This document shows, piece after piece, positions 48,546 to 58,523 of a stretch of DNA of 64,000 nucleotides. The stretch is from positions 800,001 to 864,000 of the forward strand of contig CAVXXK010000001.1 of assembly GCA_963765675.1 (NCBI GenBank). The letters are read 5' to 3'. The DNA is from an uncultured delta proteobacterium. GTDB taxonomy: Bacteria > Desulfobacterota > Binatia > Binatales > Binataceae. Under the pieces are notes generated by a model. That model was not told where the DNA came from. It worked only from the letters and a program-made list of their open reading frames with translations, and ran no database searches. A program made the translations under genes and the position numbers. How positions within the stretch are numbered: the first letter of the stretch is position 1; the number at the start of each line of letters is the position of its first letter.

Positions 48546-49630
48546 TCAAGCATTCGCAGGATGCTGCTGTGTGAGACAATGAATCGCGCCGAGACCCCAT
48601 ACGAGATCGATCGAAGGAATTCCGATCACGCGGCGGCCGGGGAATAGCCGCGTCAAGGGTCGGCTGCGGCTACGGCGTCGGCAGGGCAATCGAAGATCGG
48701 CATCACGATGCCCTGATTCGCAATATAGAAATTCGCGTACGACGCGGGCAGGCGCGTGCCGTCATAAACGACCGGCGGCGGCATCGGCAGCCGCTCGATC
48801 TTAAGCGGCGCGCCGCGCTCGTCACGCATCGCAGACAGCCGCGCCAGATTATCGCGCAGGATTTTGTAATTCGCGTCGGCGGGATCGTCCTCGACGACGG
48901 TGACGACCGTGTCGCGCGCGAGAAACCGCGCGAGGTCGTCGATATGGCCGTCGGTGTCGTCACCAACAATTCCGTCGCCCAGCCACAGGACATTGGTCAC
49001 GCCTAGGTAGGTGCGAAGGTAGTCTTCGATCTCGGCGCGCGACAGATGCGGATTGCGATTGCGATTCAGCAGGCAAGACTCGGTGGTGAGGAGCGAGCCC
49101 GCGCCGTTGGGATCGATCGAGCCGCCTTCGAGCACGATTCCGGGTTCGGCGACCTCAAAGCCGAAGCGCGCGCCCAATCGCCGCGGCACAACGTCATCGA
49201 GGTCGTAGCGGCCGTACTTTTCGCCCCACGAGTTGAATTTCCAATCGAGCGCGATCTGCGCCGGACCGTCGCCGGCGGGATCAATTTTATTGACGAAGAT
49301 CGGGCCGTGGTCGCGAATCCACGAATCGTTGGTTTCGAGCTGAAAGATCTCGACGCGACGCATCACCACGCCGTCGCCGCGCGCCGCGTCATGAACCATC
49401 GCGCGCACCGCCTCGATTTCGGTGGCGTCGTTCACGAGGAGCCGCAAAGGCTCGAACGACGCGATCGCGGCGGCGATTTTGGCGAACGCCTGCGGGATCG
49501 GTTCGAACTTGCCGGGCCAGGTCTCCAGGTTATGCGGCCAAACGAGATACGTCGCCTGATGTGGAGCCCACTCGGGCGGCATCCGGTAGGCGCGAAAGCG
49601 CGTCCGGTCGCGTTCGGTAATCGGGGGCAT
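48546..49630 (-). CDS. aguA: Agmatine deiminase, frameshifted near 48655-48665
   Basis: MPPEWAPH, WIRDHGP, EGGSI, DTDGHID, ASYANFY; C-terminal GLGAIHCLTQQ in a shifted frame. Confidence 0.9.
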
Positions 49631-49635
49631 TGGCT

Positions 49636-50511
49636 TCAGGAGCGGAAACGGCGGACGAGGTCGCCGTACGCGTCGATCCGGCGATCGCGCAGGAACGGCC
49701 AGTTACGCCGCGTCGCCTCGATTCGCGCAAGATCGCATTCGGCGATGAGAATTTCTTCTGCGCTCGGGCTTGCGTGTGCGATCACTTCACCCATCGGATC
49801 GCAGACGAAGGACTCGCCCCAAAACTCGATCTCGCCTTCAACGCCGACCCGGTTCGTGACCGCGACAAAGACCCCGTTGGCGATCGCGTGCGCGCGCTGA
49901 ATTGTTTTCCACGCGTCGAGCATCCGCGCGCGGTCGGCGGCGGTCTCGCCGTGCCACCATCCAATTGCGGTCGGATAGAAAACGATCTCCGCCCCCGCCA
50001 TCGCGGTCAGCCGCGCGGCCTCGGGATACCACTGGTCCCAGCACACCAGCACGCCGAGCTTGCCGCGCGCGGTCTGATGCGCGGTGAAGTCGAGATCGCC
50101 GGGAGTGAAATAATATTTTTCGTAGAAGCGCGGATCGTCGGGAATATGCATCTTGCGGTAGCGCCCGACGATCTCGCCGCTGGCATCAATCACGACGGCG
50201 GTGTTGTGATAAACGCCAGCCGCGCGCCGCTCGAAGAGCGGCGCGACAACGACGACCTTGCGCGCCCGCGCGATCTTGCCCAGAGCATCGGTGGAAGGGC
50301 CCGGAATCGATTCGGCCAGATCGAAGCGCGCAGGATCCTCGGTCTGGCAGGGATAGTGCGAGCGAAATAGCTCCTGCAGGCAAACAACTTGCGCTCCGCG
50401 TCCGGCCGCTTCGTCGATTCGAGCGATCGCCTTGTCGATATTGGCCGCGGGCTCGGCCGCACACGACATCTGCACCAACCCCACAACAATCTTATCGCGC
50501 GCCGAAGCCAT
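49636..50511 (-). CDS. aguB: N-carbamoylputrescine amidase (nitrilase superfamily)
   Basis: CLQELF, YRKMHIPDDP.FYEKYYF, CWDQWYPE, YPTAIGW, WPFLRDRR. Confidence 0.93.
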   Translation of the reverse strand: MASARDKIVVGLVQMSCAAEPAANIDKAIARIDEAAGRGAQVVCLQELFRSHYPCQTEDPARFDLAESIPGPSTDALGKIARARKVVVVAPLFERRAAGVYHNTAVVIDASGEIVGRYRKMHIPDDPRFYEKYYFTPGDLDFTAHQTARGKLGVLVCWDQWYPEAARLTAMAGAEIVFYPTAIGWWHGETAADRARMLDAWKTIQRAHAIANGVFVAVTNRVGVEGEIEFWGESFVCDPMGEVIAHASPSAEEILIAECDLARIEATRRNWPFLRDRRIDAYGDLVRRFRS

Positions 50512-50682
50512 CGTGTGATCTTGATAGCAGCACCGGGCCGCGGGTGCCATCTCGCCAATGCAATGTTTCTCAGACGTTCTCCTTGTGGCCAGGTTCCCGA
50601 CATGAAAAGTCTGTGTTACTTGATTGCTCTGTGTCGCCCGAAGGCGTACGTCATGGACTTGGCATTTGAAGAAGGGGCGTGA

Positions 50683-51624
50683 GTGAGAAATTCGAGCGCT
50701 TTCATCGTTCCCGAGGATTCGGCCGAGGTCCTACAAGGCGACGCCTACGACCTAGCACGGATGTTAGCGTCTAATACTGTTGATTTGGTCATAACCAGCC
50801 CACCTTATTGGGGACAGCGTACCTACGATCTCGATCACAACTGGGAGGTGTCAGTCGAATGGAAGAAATCCGGTCACAGCAGCGATGAGATCCCGAGCTA
50901 TGATTGGTATCGGTCTCATGGCGGCTTGCTGGGTATGGAGCCACGCCCGGAGTGGTTCGTCTCTCACTTGGCAGAGATTTTCGATTTACTCTCGGAGGTA
51001 TTGAGGCCATGCGGAAACATCTGGGTCAATATCGGAGACACTTACTTCGCCCGTTGGTCGAGCATCCGCGATTCGGGACGCCAAGGCTTGGGCGATAACA
51101 CCCGCAAACGCCGCCGCGCACCGATGGGTGGTTTCCGGCAAGAGAAGCAATTGCTTTTGATTCCCGCTCGGTTTGCGATCGCCATGCAAGAACGCGGCTG
51201 GATACTCCGTAACGATTTGGTATGGTTTAAGCCAAACGTGCCGCCGAGGCCCGAGAAAGATCGTCTCCGACTCAGCCACGAGCATTTCTTTCATTTCGTA
51301 AAGCGCCCCAAAGAAGGTCGCGCGAAGTACTACTACGATCACTCAAAGGTGGAACCCGGAGCCAATGACGTTGTGGTATCGCCGTGTCGACGAGGTCAAT
51401 CAGGTCATTCTGCAACATTTCCGGTAGAGTTAATCAAACCAAGAATCTTGTCCTCCTGTCCCCCCGGAGGATTAGTGCTTGATCCATTCTGCGGCACAGG
51501 TCGAAGCTTGGCAGTTGCGCTGGCAGCCGGACGGCGCGCCATCGGCTTCGACGCGTCGGCAACTTTTGCAAGCGCAGCCCGCAAGATGATCGCATCACGC
51601 GATTTGTTTTCGACACATGCCTAA
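50683..51624 (+). CDS. Beta-class amino DNA methyltransferase (probably N4-cytosine)
   Basis: TSPPYW near the N-terminus; HSATFP and DPFCGTG near the C-terminus. Confidence 0.92.
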   Translation: MRNSSAFIVPEDSAEVLQGDAYDLARMLASNTVDLVITSPPYWGQRTYDLDHNWEVSVEWKKSGHSSDEIPSYDWYRSHGGLLGMEPRPEWFVSHLAEIFDLLSEVLRPCGNIWVNIGDTYFARWSSIRDSGRQGLGDNTRKRRRAPMGGFRQEKQLLLIPARFAIAMQERGWILRNDLVWFKPNVPPRPEKDRLRLSHEHFFHFVKRPKEGRAKYYYDHSKVEPGANDVVVSPCRRGQSGHSATFPVELIKPRILSSCPPGGLVLDPFCGTGRSLAVALAAGRRAIGFDASATFASAARKMIASRDLFSTHA

Positions 51625-52732
51625 AGCGCGCGGATCTGCGATCGAGACGCGCGGCAATTTCATCAGTGAATGGTACGGCCATCGCGTCTACCCCGCCATT
51701 GTACGAGATGCACGCGCCCTAAACGATCAAAAGACTAGCAGGTGCCCGTTCCTTTCAGCGGCTACCTCGGAAGAGAGAAGCTGCGTGAAACCGCCAACGT
51801 CCAGCGGGGTATGTACTATAAGCAGTGCGAGCAACGGCCCGCGGCAGGACTGGCTGGTTTGTCCATATCGCGCGCTGGATGGATCTCTGATGGACGCGGC
51901 AGCGCGACGGATATTCCGGATTGCGCCAGATCGCAGCTTAGTTATCGCAGCCGCGCCTGCTCTGGCTAAAGAGGCAGCACGAAAATCGCTCCATCAGGCA
52001 TTGCGGGCCGGACAAGCCGTTCTCGTCTATCTGCAAGACAAGCTCGGCGGAGAAATCTCGGTTCCCTCCACTCCGCGCTCACCGGAGTTGGCGTTCGATA
52101 TCACCTTCGCGGAGCTTAGGAACACCAACTCACAAATCAGTGTTGCGCGTTATGGAGTGCTCGAGGTCCAAACGATGGACTTCCATGGTTCATACAAGTC
52201 TGCGGTGAACAATCTGAAAGATGCGCTACGTTTGCATGGGCGCCAATTTGCCCGCGTCGTGCGCGAAAATCCCGCGTGGCTGTCAGATCGAATTGAGGGT
52301 CCGAATATCGCAAACGTCTTCAAACGGACCTTTTACCAAATCATGCTCAAATTTCAGATCGGAAATCACGGTGCTTGTGCAGGAACTGTACTGGCCCTTC
52401 CGGCCGCGGTCTGGGACAGCTGGCAACGCCATCTCGGCGGACCCGAGTTGAGGCTAGCCGACGATGGCACCTATGTTCTTGGAATCGATGGAGATTCGGG
52501 CAAGACTGAGCCGTCGGCATGGATCATAGTTTTTGACGTGGAGGCTGCGGGTTCACCAACCCCCAATTCACTTAGAATCGACAAGATCATCGCGACCGAC
52601 GCTCAAAGCTTAGCCTACCAAGCCCTCACGGTCGTTCCTGCGGCGGCGATCGCCGAGGGAGGCTCCGCAGATCGAATTCTTCTCACGATCAATCGCCGCC
52701 TTCGATTGTGGTGGCCCGAAATCGAAGCATGA
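51617..52732 (+). CDS. NotI-family restriction endonuclease
   Basis: EWYG, CPF, C.K, GVC, CPYR four-Cys motif; FD...EVQ.MDFHGSY; overlaps the MTase stop. Confidence 0.75.
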   Translation: MPKARGSAIETRGNFISEWYGHRVYPAIVRDARALNDQKTSRCPFLSAATSEERSCVKPPTSSGVCTISSASNGPRQDWLVCPYRALDGSLMDAAARRIFRIAPDRSLVIAAAPALAKEAARKSLHQALRAGQAVLVYLQDKLGGEISVPSTPRSPELAFDITFAELRNTNSQISVARYGVLEVQTMDFHGSYKSAVNNLKDALRLHGRQFARVVRENPAWLSDRIEGPNIANVFKRTFYQIMLKFQIGNHGACAGTVLALPAAVWDSWQRHLGGPELRLADDGTYVLGIDGDSGKTEPSAWIIVFDVEAAGSPTPNSLRIDKIIATDAQSLAYQALTVVPAAAIAEGGSADRILLTINRRLRLWWPEIEA

Positions 52733-52851
52733 ACGCCAAACTGCAATTGCGCAATTCATAAGAACATAGATCTCGGTTGCATCCTCCGTGATGTGGTATT
52801 CTAATGATGCGGCGTTTGGGAAAACGCTGCGACAGTTGTATTCGGATCCTC

Positions 52852-52980
52852 GCTGCCCGCCGCTGATAGCCGGGTCCTGCGCAAGGGAAGGCCGCGAACC
52901 CCGCCAGGTCCGGAAGGAAGCAACGGTACCGGCTGTCTCCCTGTGCCGCAGGGGTGCCTGGCTATCATTCGGCGGGCAGC
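52852..52980 (+). ncRNA. ffs: Signal recognition particle RNA (4.5S)
   Basis: CAGGTCCGGAAGGAAGCAAC domain IV within a long hairpin closed by GCTGCCCGCCG/CGGCGGGCAGC; directly upstream of dnaX. Confidence 0.93.
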
Positions 52981-52998
52981 TTCACTATTGATCGCACG

Positions 52999-54939
52999 AT
53001 GGCTCAAGCTCCGCATCTGGTGCTCGCACGCAAATGGCGCCCCGATCGCTTCGGCGACCTGGTCGGCCAGGAACACGTTACGCGCACGCTGTCCGAGGCA
53101 CTCAGGCGCGGCCGGATCGCGCACGCTTTCCTGTTCACCGGAATCCGCGGCGTCGGCAAGACCACCGCCGCGAGGATTCTTGCGCGATGCCTCAATTGCG
53201 AACGCGGCCCCACCGCCGATCCATGCGGAGAGTGCGCCGCGTGCGTCGAGATTCGCGCGGGCCGCTCGCTCGACGTGACCGAGATCGACGGCGCGACCTA
53301 CCGCAAGATCGACGACGCGCGCGCGATTATCGAAAACCTGAGCTACCGCCCCGCGCGCGACCGCTTCAAGATCTACATTATCGACGAGGCCCATCAGCTA
53401 ACCGACCAGGCCTTCAACGCGCTGCTCAAGACCCTCGAGGAGCCGCCCGCTCACGTAAAGTTCATCCTGGCGACGACCGAGCCGCAGAAGATGCCCGAGA
53501 CGATCCTGTCGCGGCTGCAGCGCTACGACTTCCGCCGGATCCCGTTCGCGACGATCTACGAACGCCTGCACGACCTCGCCTCGCGCGAGAAAATCGACGC
53601 CGAAGAGACTGCGCTGCGCCTGCTCGCGCGCGAGGCCGGCGGCTCGATGCGCGACGCCGAGCGGATGCTCGAAACCGCAATCGCGTCGGCGCCCGAAGGC
53701 CGCGTTAGCGAGGCCGAGGTGGCATCGTCGCTGGGCGTCGCCTCGCGCACGATCGTGTTCGGGATCGTCGAATCGATCCTCGAACGCAAGGCCGCACCCG
53801 CTCTGCGCGCGATGCGCGAGCTGTCGTCGCGCGGCGCGAACCTGGAGTCGCTCGGCCGCGACCTGCTCGAAACGCTGCGCAATCTCGCCGTCGCCAAGCT
53901 TCCAGCCGACGGCGGCCAGAGCCCGCTCGACGATCTTCCCGACAACGAGGCGCAGGAACTCAGGCGCCTCGCTGCAATCACCTCGAACCGCGACCTGATG
54001 CGCCTGTTCCGCCTGATGGCCACGACGCAGGAAGAGATCATCCAGTCGCCGTATCCGGATTTGCTGCTCGAGATGGCACTTGTGCGGATGGCTTCGCTCG
54101 CGCCGGTCGTCGACATGGACGAACTCCTCGGCACAATCGCGGCGCGCGGCGGCGGAGCGCCGTCGGGATCTTCTTCATCGTCATCCAGTTCATCGGGTAG
54201 CGCGGCACGAACTCCAGTTGCGCCTGATCCGGGACAGGCTGCGGGTTCGCGCAAGCTGCGAGTCGAGGGCGAGGTCAAAGCTTCGGCACCAATCCGCGCC
54301 GCGCAGCCGAGCGCCGGGATCACGCCGCTGCCCGGAGAGCCGGCCGCGCCGGCGGCCGCGCGAGAGATGCCGGAGCTGCGCGAGCATATCAAGTCGCGAC
54401 GCGCGGCGTTGGCAGGATTCATCGAGCAGGGCGCCGCGCTCTCGCTTGCGGGCGATGTGCTCTCGATCGCGCCAAAGAGCGATATCTACGTTCGTTATCT
54501 CGCAGATAACCGCGCTGTGATTGCGGAGCTCGCGTCGGATTTTTTTGGCCGCCCGATCCGCGCCGAAATCGTCGCGGCAAACGTCGCGCCGGTATCGGCG
54601 GCACCCGCTGTGGCTCCGATTGCTGCTTCGCCGAAAGCCGATAACGGGAATGCCGAAACCCGTATTGCTGAGGCCGCCCCGCGAGAGACCGCGCGACCGG
54701 TCACGAACTCTGGCGTGAATGGTGCCGCGGCGACGCGCCGCGTCGCGACCTCACCAGAGGAACGCGCCGCACTTTTCGCCGACCCTGTGGTCGAGCGGAT
54801 CTTCGATACGCTCGAAGCGCGGCTGGTCGAAGTTCGCGCGCCCGTTGCCGCAGCGCCGATCGCAGCGGCCGAAGTGATCGGCGCGTACGAGGATTCTCCC
54901 GACGAAATTCCAAATGACGACGCGGAGCCGCGCGATTGA
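52999..54939 (+). CDS. dnaX: DNA polymerase III subunit gamma/tau
   Basis: LARKWRP, GQEHV, GIRGVGKT, CGECAAC, IIDEAH, FNALLKTLEEPP. Confidence 0.96.
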   Translation: MAQAPHLVLARKWRPDRFGDLVGQEHVTRTLSEALRRGRIAHAFLFTGIRGVGKTTAARILARCLNCERGPTADPCGECAACVEIRAGRSLDVTEIDGATYRKIDDARAIIENLSYRPARDRFKIYIIDEAHQLTDQAFNALLKTLEEPPAHVKFILATTEPQKMPETILSRLQRYDFRRIPFATIYERLHDLASREKIDAEETALRLLAREAGGSMRDAERMLETAIASAPEGRVSEAEVASSLGVASRTIVFGIVESILERKAAPALRAMRELSSRGANLESLGRDLLETLRNLAVAKLPADGGQSPLDDLPDNEAQELRRLAAITSNRDLMRLFRLMATTQEEIIQSPYPDLLLEMALVRMASLAPVVDMDELLGTIAARGGGAPSGSSSSSSSSSGSAARTPVAPDPGQAAGSRKLRVEGEVKASAPIRAAQPSAGITPLPGEPAAPAAAREMPELREHIKSRRAALAGFIEQGAALSLAGDVLSIAPKSDIYVRYLADNRAVIAELASDFFGRPIRAEIVAANVAPVSAAPAVAPIAASPKADNGNAETRIAEAAPRETARPVTNSGVNGAAATRRVATSPEERAALFADPVVERIFDTLEARLVEVRAPVAAAPIAAAEVIGAYEDSPDEIPNDDAEPRD

Positions 54940-54986
54940 GCGCCGTTTGTATCGATTCGATCAATCGCGGCCGAGGAGCAAGTAAA

Positions 54987-55316
54987 TTGGCGGAACTCGA
55001 TCTATCAGCATTGATGAAGCAGGCCGCGGCTCTGCAGGACAAGCTCAAAGACATGCAGGCCGAGGCCGCCGAGCGTGTCGTCACCGCGGAGTCGGGCGGC
55101 GGGATGATCCGTGCGACTGTGGACGGCGCGATGCGCGTGCGCAAAATCGAAATCGATGCGGCGCTGCTCGCCGACAACGATAAGGTGATGCTCGAGGACC
55201 TGATCGTCGTCGCGGTCAACGAAGGACTAAGGCGCGCGCAAGAGATGGTCGCCGAGGAGATGGCCAAGCTCGGCCCTGTAGGCGGGCTGAAGTTTCCGGG
55301 GTTCGGAAACGACTGA
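54987..55316 (+). CDS. ybaB: YbaB/EbfC nucleoid-associated protein
   Basis: RBS GAGGAG plus TTG start, LMKQA, ESGGG, MLEDLIVVAVN; lies between dnaX and recR. Confidence 0.94.
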   Translation: MAELDLSALMKQAAALQDKLKDMQAEAAERVVTAESGGGMIRATVDGAMRVRKIEIDAALLADNDKVMLEDLIVVAVNEGLRRAQEMVAEEMAKLGPVGGLKFPGFGND

Positions 55317-55326
55317 TCGACGAGCG

Positions 55327-55953
55327 ATGGCGACCGACAATCTCAAACGCGGCGACGGACTTCCGCCCGCGATGACGCGGCTGGTGAAGGAGCTCTCGCG
55401 GCTGCCGGGAATCGGCGAAAAGACCGCCTCGCGCCTGGCCTTCAACCTGCTCAACCGGCCCCGCGACCAGGTGATCGCGCTGGCCGAGTCGCTGCTCGAA
55501 ATGAAAGAGCGCGTGGGACTCTGCGACCAGTGCTACGGGCTGTCGGATAATCCGCGATGCCAGATCTGCAACGATCCGGCGCGCGAGCGCGACATGATTT
55601 GCGTGGTCGAAGGCCCCGCCGACCTGATGGCGATTGAGCGCGCCCGCAGCTTTAGCGGTGTCTATCACGTGCTGCACGGCGCGATCGCGCCGCTTGACGG
55701 AATAGGACCCGACGACGTGAAGCTCAAGGAGCTGATTGCGCGCGTGAGTCCGCCGGCCTCTGTGCGCGAAGTAATTATCGCGACCAACGCAACCGTCGAG
55801 GGCGAAGCGACCGCGCTCTATATCGCCAAAACGCTCCGCCCGCTCGGGGTCAAAACAACGCGCCTCGCCCGCGGCCTGCCAGCAGGCGGCGACCTCGAAT
55901 ACAGCGACTCCGCGACGCTGACCAGCGCGCTCTCCGGCCGCCGCGAACTATAG
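55327..55953 (+). CDS. recR: Recombination mediator RecR
   Basis: LPGIGEKTA, C4 zinc finger, ATNATVEGEATA. Confidence 0.97.
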   Translation: MATDNLKRGDGLPPAMTRLVKELSRLPGIGEKTASRLAFNLLNRPRDQVIALAESLLEMKERVGLCDQCYGLSDNPRCQICNDPARERDMICVVEGPADLMAIERARSFSGVYHVLHGAIAPLDGIGPDDVKLKELIARVSPPASVREVIIATNATVEGEATALYIAKTLRPLGVKTTRLARGLPAGGDLEYSDSATLTSALSGRREL

Positions 55954-56001
55954 AGTTTTTCGGCCCAGACCGAGAGTCTTCACTCGTCCGCGCGTTCGCA
56001 G

Positions 56002-57240
56002 TTAGTTTCCGAAATCCCAGCTCTCTCCATTGTGATACCGCGAGAGAATGTTTTTCGCGATCAGGATCCGGTGGACCTCATCCGGACCGTCCGCGAGCCG
56101 GAGGGTTCTGGCTCCCTGGTACATGGCGGCGAGCGGCAGATCGCCTGAAACGCCCGCCGCACCCCACACCTGGATCGCCCGATCTACCACCCGCTCGTAG
56201 GCGGCCGGGACGAAGACCTTGATCGCCGAGATGTCCGTGCGCGGGTCGGCGCCGCTGTCCATTCGCTCGGCGCAATGGATGGTCATCAAGCGGGCAGCCT
56301 GGATGTCGATGTAGGAGTCGGCGATGAACCCTTGAATGAACTGCTTGGTCTCGAGCTTGCCGCCGTGCACTTCGCGCGTCGTGGCGCGCTCGACCATCAG
56401 GTCGAACGCCCGCCACATCTGCCCGATCGAGTTCATGCAGTGATAAACGCGCCCCGCCCCGAGGCGATCCTGCGCGGCCTGATGGCCCGAGCCCGTCTGG
56501 CCGAGCTGGTTGCTCAGCGGCACATGCACGTCGTCATAAACGATCTCACAATGGTCGCTCGCATGGCCCCAGACCTCGACGCCGCGGACGATGCGAAGGC
56601 CGGGAGTATTCTTTGGCACGATGATCTGGGTCATGCGGCCGTTGTCCGCGCCTTTCCCTTCGGTGCGGCACATCACGATCAGGAAGTCGGCGCGGAACCC
56701 GTTTGAGGTGAACCATTTGTGCCCGTTGATCACCCACTGGTCGCCCTCGCGACGCGCCGTGGTCTTGATCGACCGCGGATCCGAGCCGGCCGAATCGGGC
56801 TCGGTCATCGAGAAGCCGGACTCCATCTTGCCCTCGGTCAGCGGCACCAGCCACTTCTTCTTTTGCTCCTCGGTCCCGTACTTGAGCAGGATCTGCTGGT
56901 TGCCCGAGTTGGGCGCGACCACGCCGAACAGCGCCGCCGCTCCCATACTGTAAGCCAGCACCTCATTCATGTACGCGTGCTCAAGGAAGCCGAGCCCGGC
57001 GCCGCCGTATTCGGGAGGAAGATGCGGCGCCCACAAGCCCGCCTGCTTGACCTTCGCCTTGATCGACTCGCGCAATTCCCGGGCGTTTCGGCGTTCCTCA
57101 TCCGTCGCGCGGTCGCGGTATCCCGCCCAGAGCTTGCGTTCGTTGGGCAGGATGTCACGGTTGATGATCTGCGCCGTGAGCGCGCGGATTTCGTTGATCC
57201 GGGCGTCGAGAGACGGGATGGGTTTCACATTCATATTCAT
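56002..57240 (-). CDS. Acyl-CoA dehydrogenase family protein
   Basis: FSMTEP, GSDP, INGHKWFTS, RLADGPDEVH. Confidence 0.94.
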   Translation of the reverse strand: MNMNVKPIPSLDARINEIRALTAQIINRDILPNERKLWAGYRDRATDEERRNARELRESIKAKVKQAGLWAPHLPPEYGGAGLGFLEHAYMNEVLAYSMGAAALFGVVAPNSGNQQILLKYGTEEQKKKWLVPLTEGKMESGFSMTEPDSAGSDPRSIKTTARREGDQWVINGHKWFTSNGFRADFLIVMCRTEGKGADNGRMTQIIVPKNTPGLRIVRGVEVWGHASDHCEIVYDDVHVPLSNQLGQTGSGHQAAQDRLGAGRVYHCMNSIGQMWRAFDLMVERATTREVHGGKLETKQFIQGFIADSYIDIQAARLMTIHCAERMDSGADPRTDISAIKVFVPAAYERVVDRAIQVWGAAGVSGDLPLAAMYQGARTLRLADGPDEVHRILIAKNILSRYHNGESWDFGN

Positions 57241-57310
57241 GTGGCTTCCTCTTGGGGCCAAAGCGTAGCACGGCCGAGTCGCGGTCAAAAACTTGTTCTT
57301 GCGAAGTCGT

Positions 57311-58000
57311 TCACCAAATTAGTGGTGCGAGGCGACAGGTCACCTTGTTTCGGTATTCCGAATAGCCCGGCAGGCTTTCGGCCAGAAATTTTTCCTCCTC
57401 CAAGAGCCTCCAAATAATCACGATCGTGATCGGCATCACCATCAGTAATCCCCACCACGAACCGAGCGCGAGGGGAACGCCGAACAGCATTATCAGGGCG
57501 CCTGAGTACATCGGATGACGCACGACGGAATATGGTCCGGTCGAAACCACCTTCTGCCCGGTATCCACTTCGATAGTCGCCGACGCGAACGTGTTTTCCT
57601 TGAACACGAAGAACACGATCAGAAACCCGAAGGCGACCAGCGCATCCCCGAGCAGCGCAATATACGCTGGTACCGCTGACCATCCGAAGCGGTGATCGAA
57701 CGCGGGAAAGAGGAGGATCGCGAAAAACGATATGAAGGCGACGAACTGTATGATCTGCTGTCGCGTCTGCTTTTCCGAGCGCGGACCCGCATAAATCCGC
57801 CGCTCCAGAAGCTCGGGATCGTGCTTCATCAGGTACGCGGTGATCGCGAGCGACGAGCCGCCGAATATCGCGAGAAAAATCCACGCTTGCCAATAGTCCA
57901 CCGTCCAGGCCGCAAGAAACACCGCGATCGCGAGCACCGGCAGGAAGCTTCCGAGCTTGCCCAGCGCTTTGCGATTGAGCGCATTCATGGTGATTGACAT
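57311..58000 (-). CDS. Isoprenylcysteine carboxylmethyltransferase family membrane protein
   Basis: GPYSVVRHPMYSG, EEKFL...LPGYSEY. Confidence 0.88.
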   Translation of the reverse strand: MSITMNALNRKALGKLGSFLPVLAIAVFLAAWTVDYWQAWIFLAIFGGSSLAITAYLMKHDPELLERRIYAGPRSEKQTRQQIIQFVAFISFFAILLFPAFDHRFGWSAVPAYIALLGDALVAFGFLIVFFVFKENTFASATIEVDTGQKVVSTGPYSVVRHPMYSGALIMLFGVPLALGSWWGLLMVMPITIVIIWRLLEEEKFLAESLPGYSEYRNKVTCRLAPLIW

Positions 58001-58020
58001 GTTTCGTAAGCTACACTATT

Positions 58021-58036
58021 TTCACAATATTGTGAA
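58021..58036. promoter_or_regulatory. Perfect 16-bp palindrome, putative operator
   Basis: TTCACAATATTGTGAA between divergent genes, overlapping the regulator's GTG. Confidence 0.65.
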
Positions 58037-58523
58037 GATTACGAAATATGATCGCGAGGCTCGCTCCCGGTTTGTCGAACGCTTCGCCTCGGTGCTGGCC
58101 GAGTCCGGCTTCCCGCGGATGCCGGCGCGGATGTTCGCCGCCCTGCTCGCGTCGGAGTCCGGACGCATGACCGCGGCCGAGCTGACCGCCGCGCTCCACG
58201 TGAGTCCCGCCGCGATTTCAGGCGCGATGCGCTATCTGGTGCAGGTCAACCTCGCGAGCCGCGAAGCCGCACCCGGCTCGCGCCGCGAGCACTACCGCGT
58301 CCACAGCGAGGTCTGGTACGAGGCGATCGCGCGAAAGGACCGGGTGCTCGACCGCGTCGAGGTCAGCCTGCGCGATGGCGTCGAGATCGTGGGCCGCAAC
58401 ACCGCGGCCGGCGCGCGAATTGCCGAGACGCTCGAGTTCTTCGAGTTCATGCAGCAGGAGCTGCCGGCGATGCTCGAGAAATGGCGCGCGCGCAAGGCAG
58501 CCAGATCGCGCAGGCGCGGATGA
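58032..58523 (+). CDS. GbsR/MarR family transcriptional regulator
   Basis: FVERF...GFPRMPAR, VSPAAISGA, GSRREHY. Confidence 0.88.
   Translation: MKITKYDREARSRFVERFASVLAESGFPRMPARMFAALLASESGRMTAAELTAALHVSPAAISGAMRYLVQVNLASREAAPGSRREHYRVHSEVWYEAIARKDRVLDRVEVSLRDGVEIVGRNTAAGARIAETLEFFEFMQQELPAMLEKWRARKAARSRRRG

Noticed and set aside
48546-48665. Selenocysteine readthrough of the TGA in aguA, prompted by the nearby tRNA-Sec
   Set aside because: The conserved C-terminus is in a different frame, so this is an indel rather than an in-frame UGA
52999-54939. dnaX -1 frameshift signal producing gamma
   Set aside because: No A AAA AAG or long A/T run seen in the linker region
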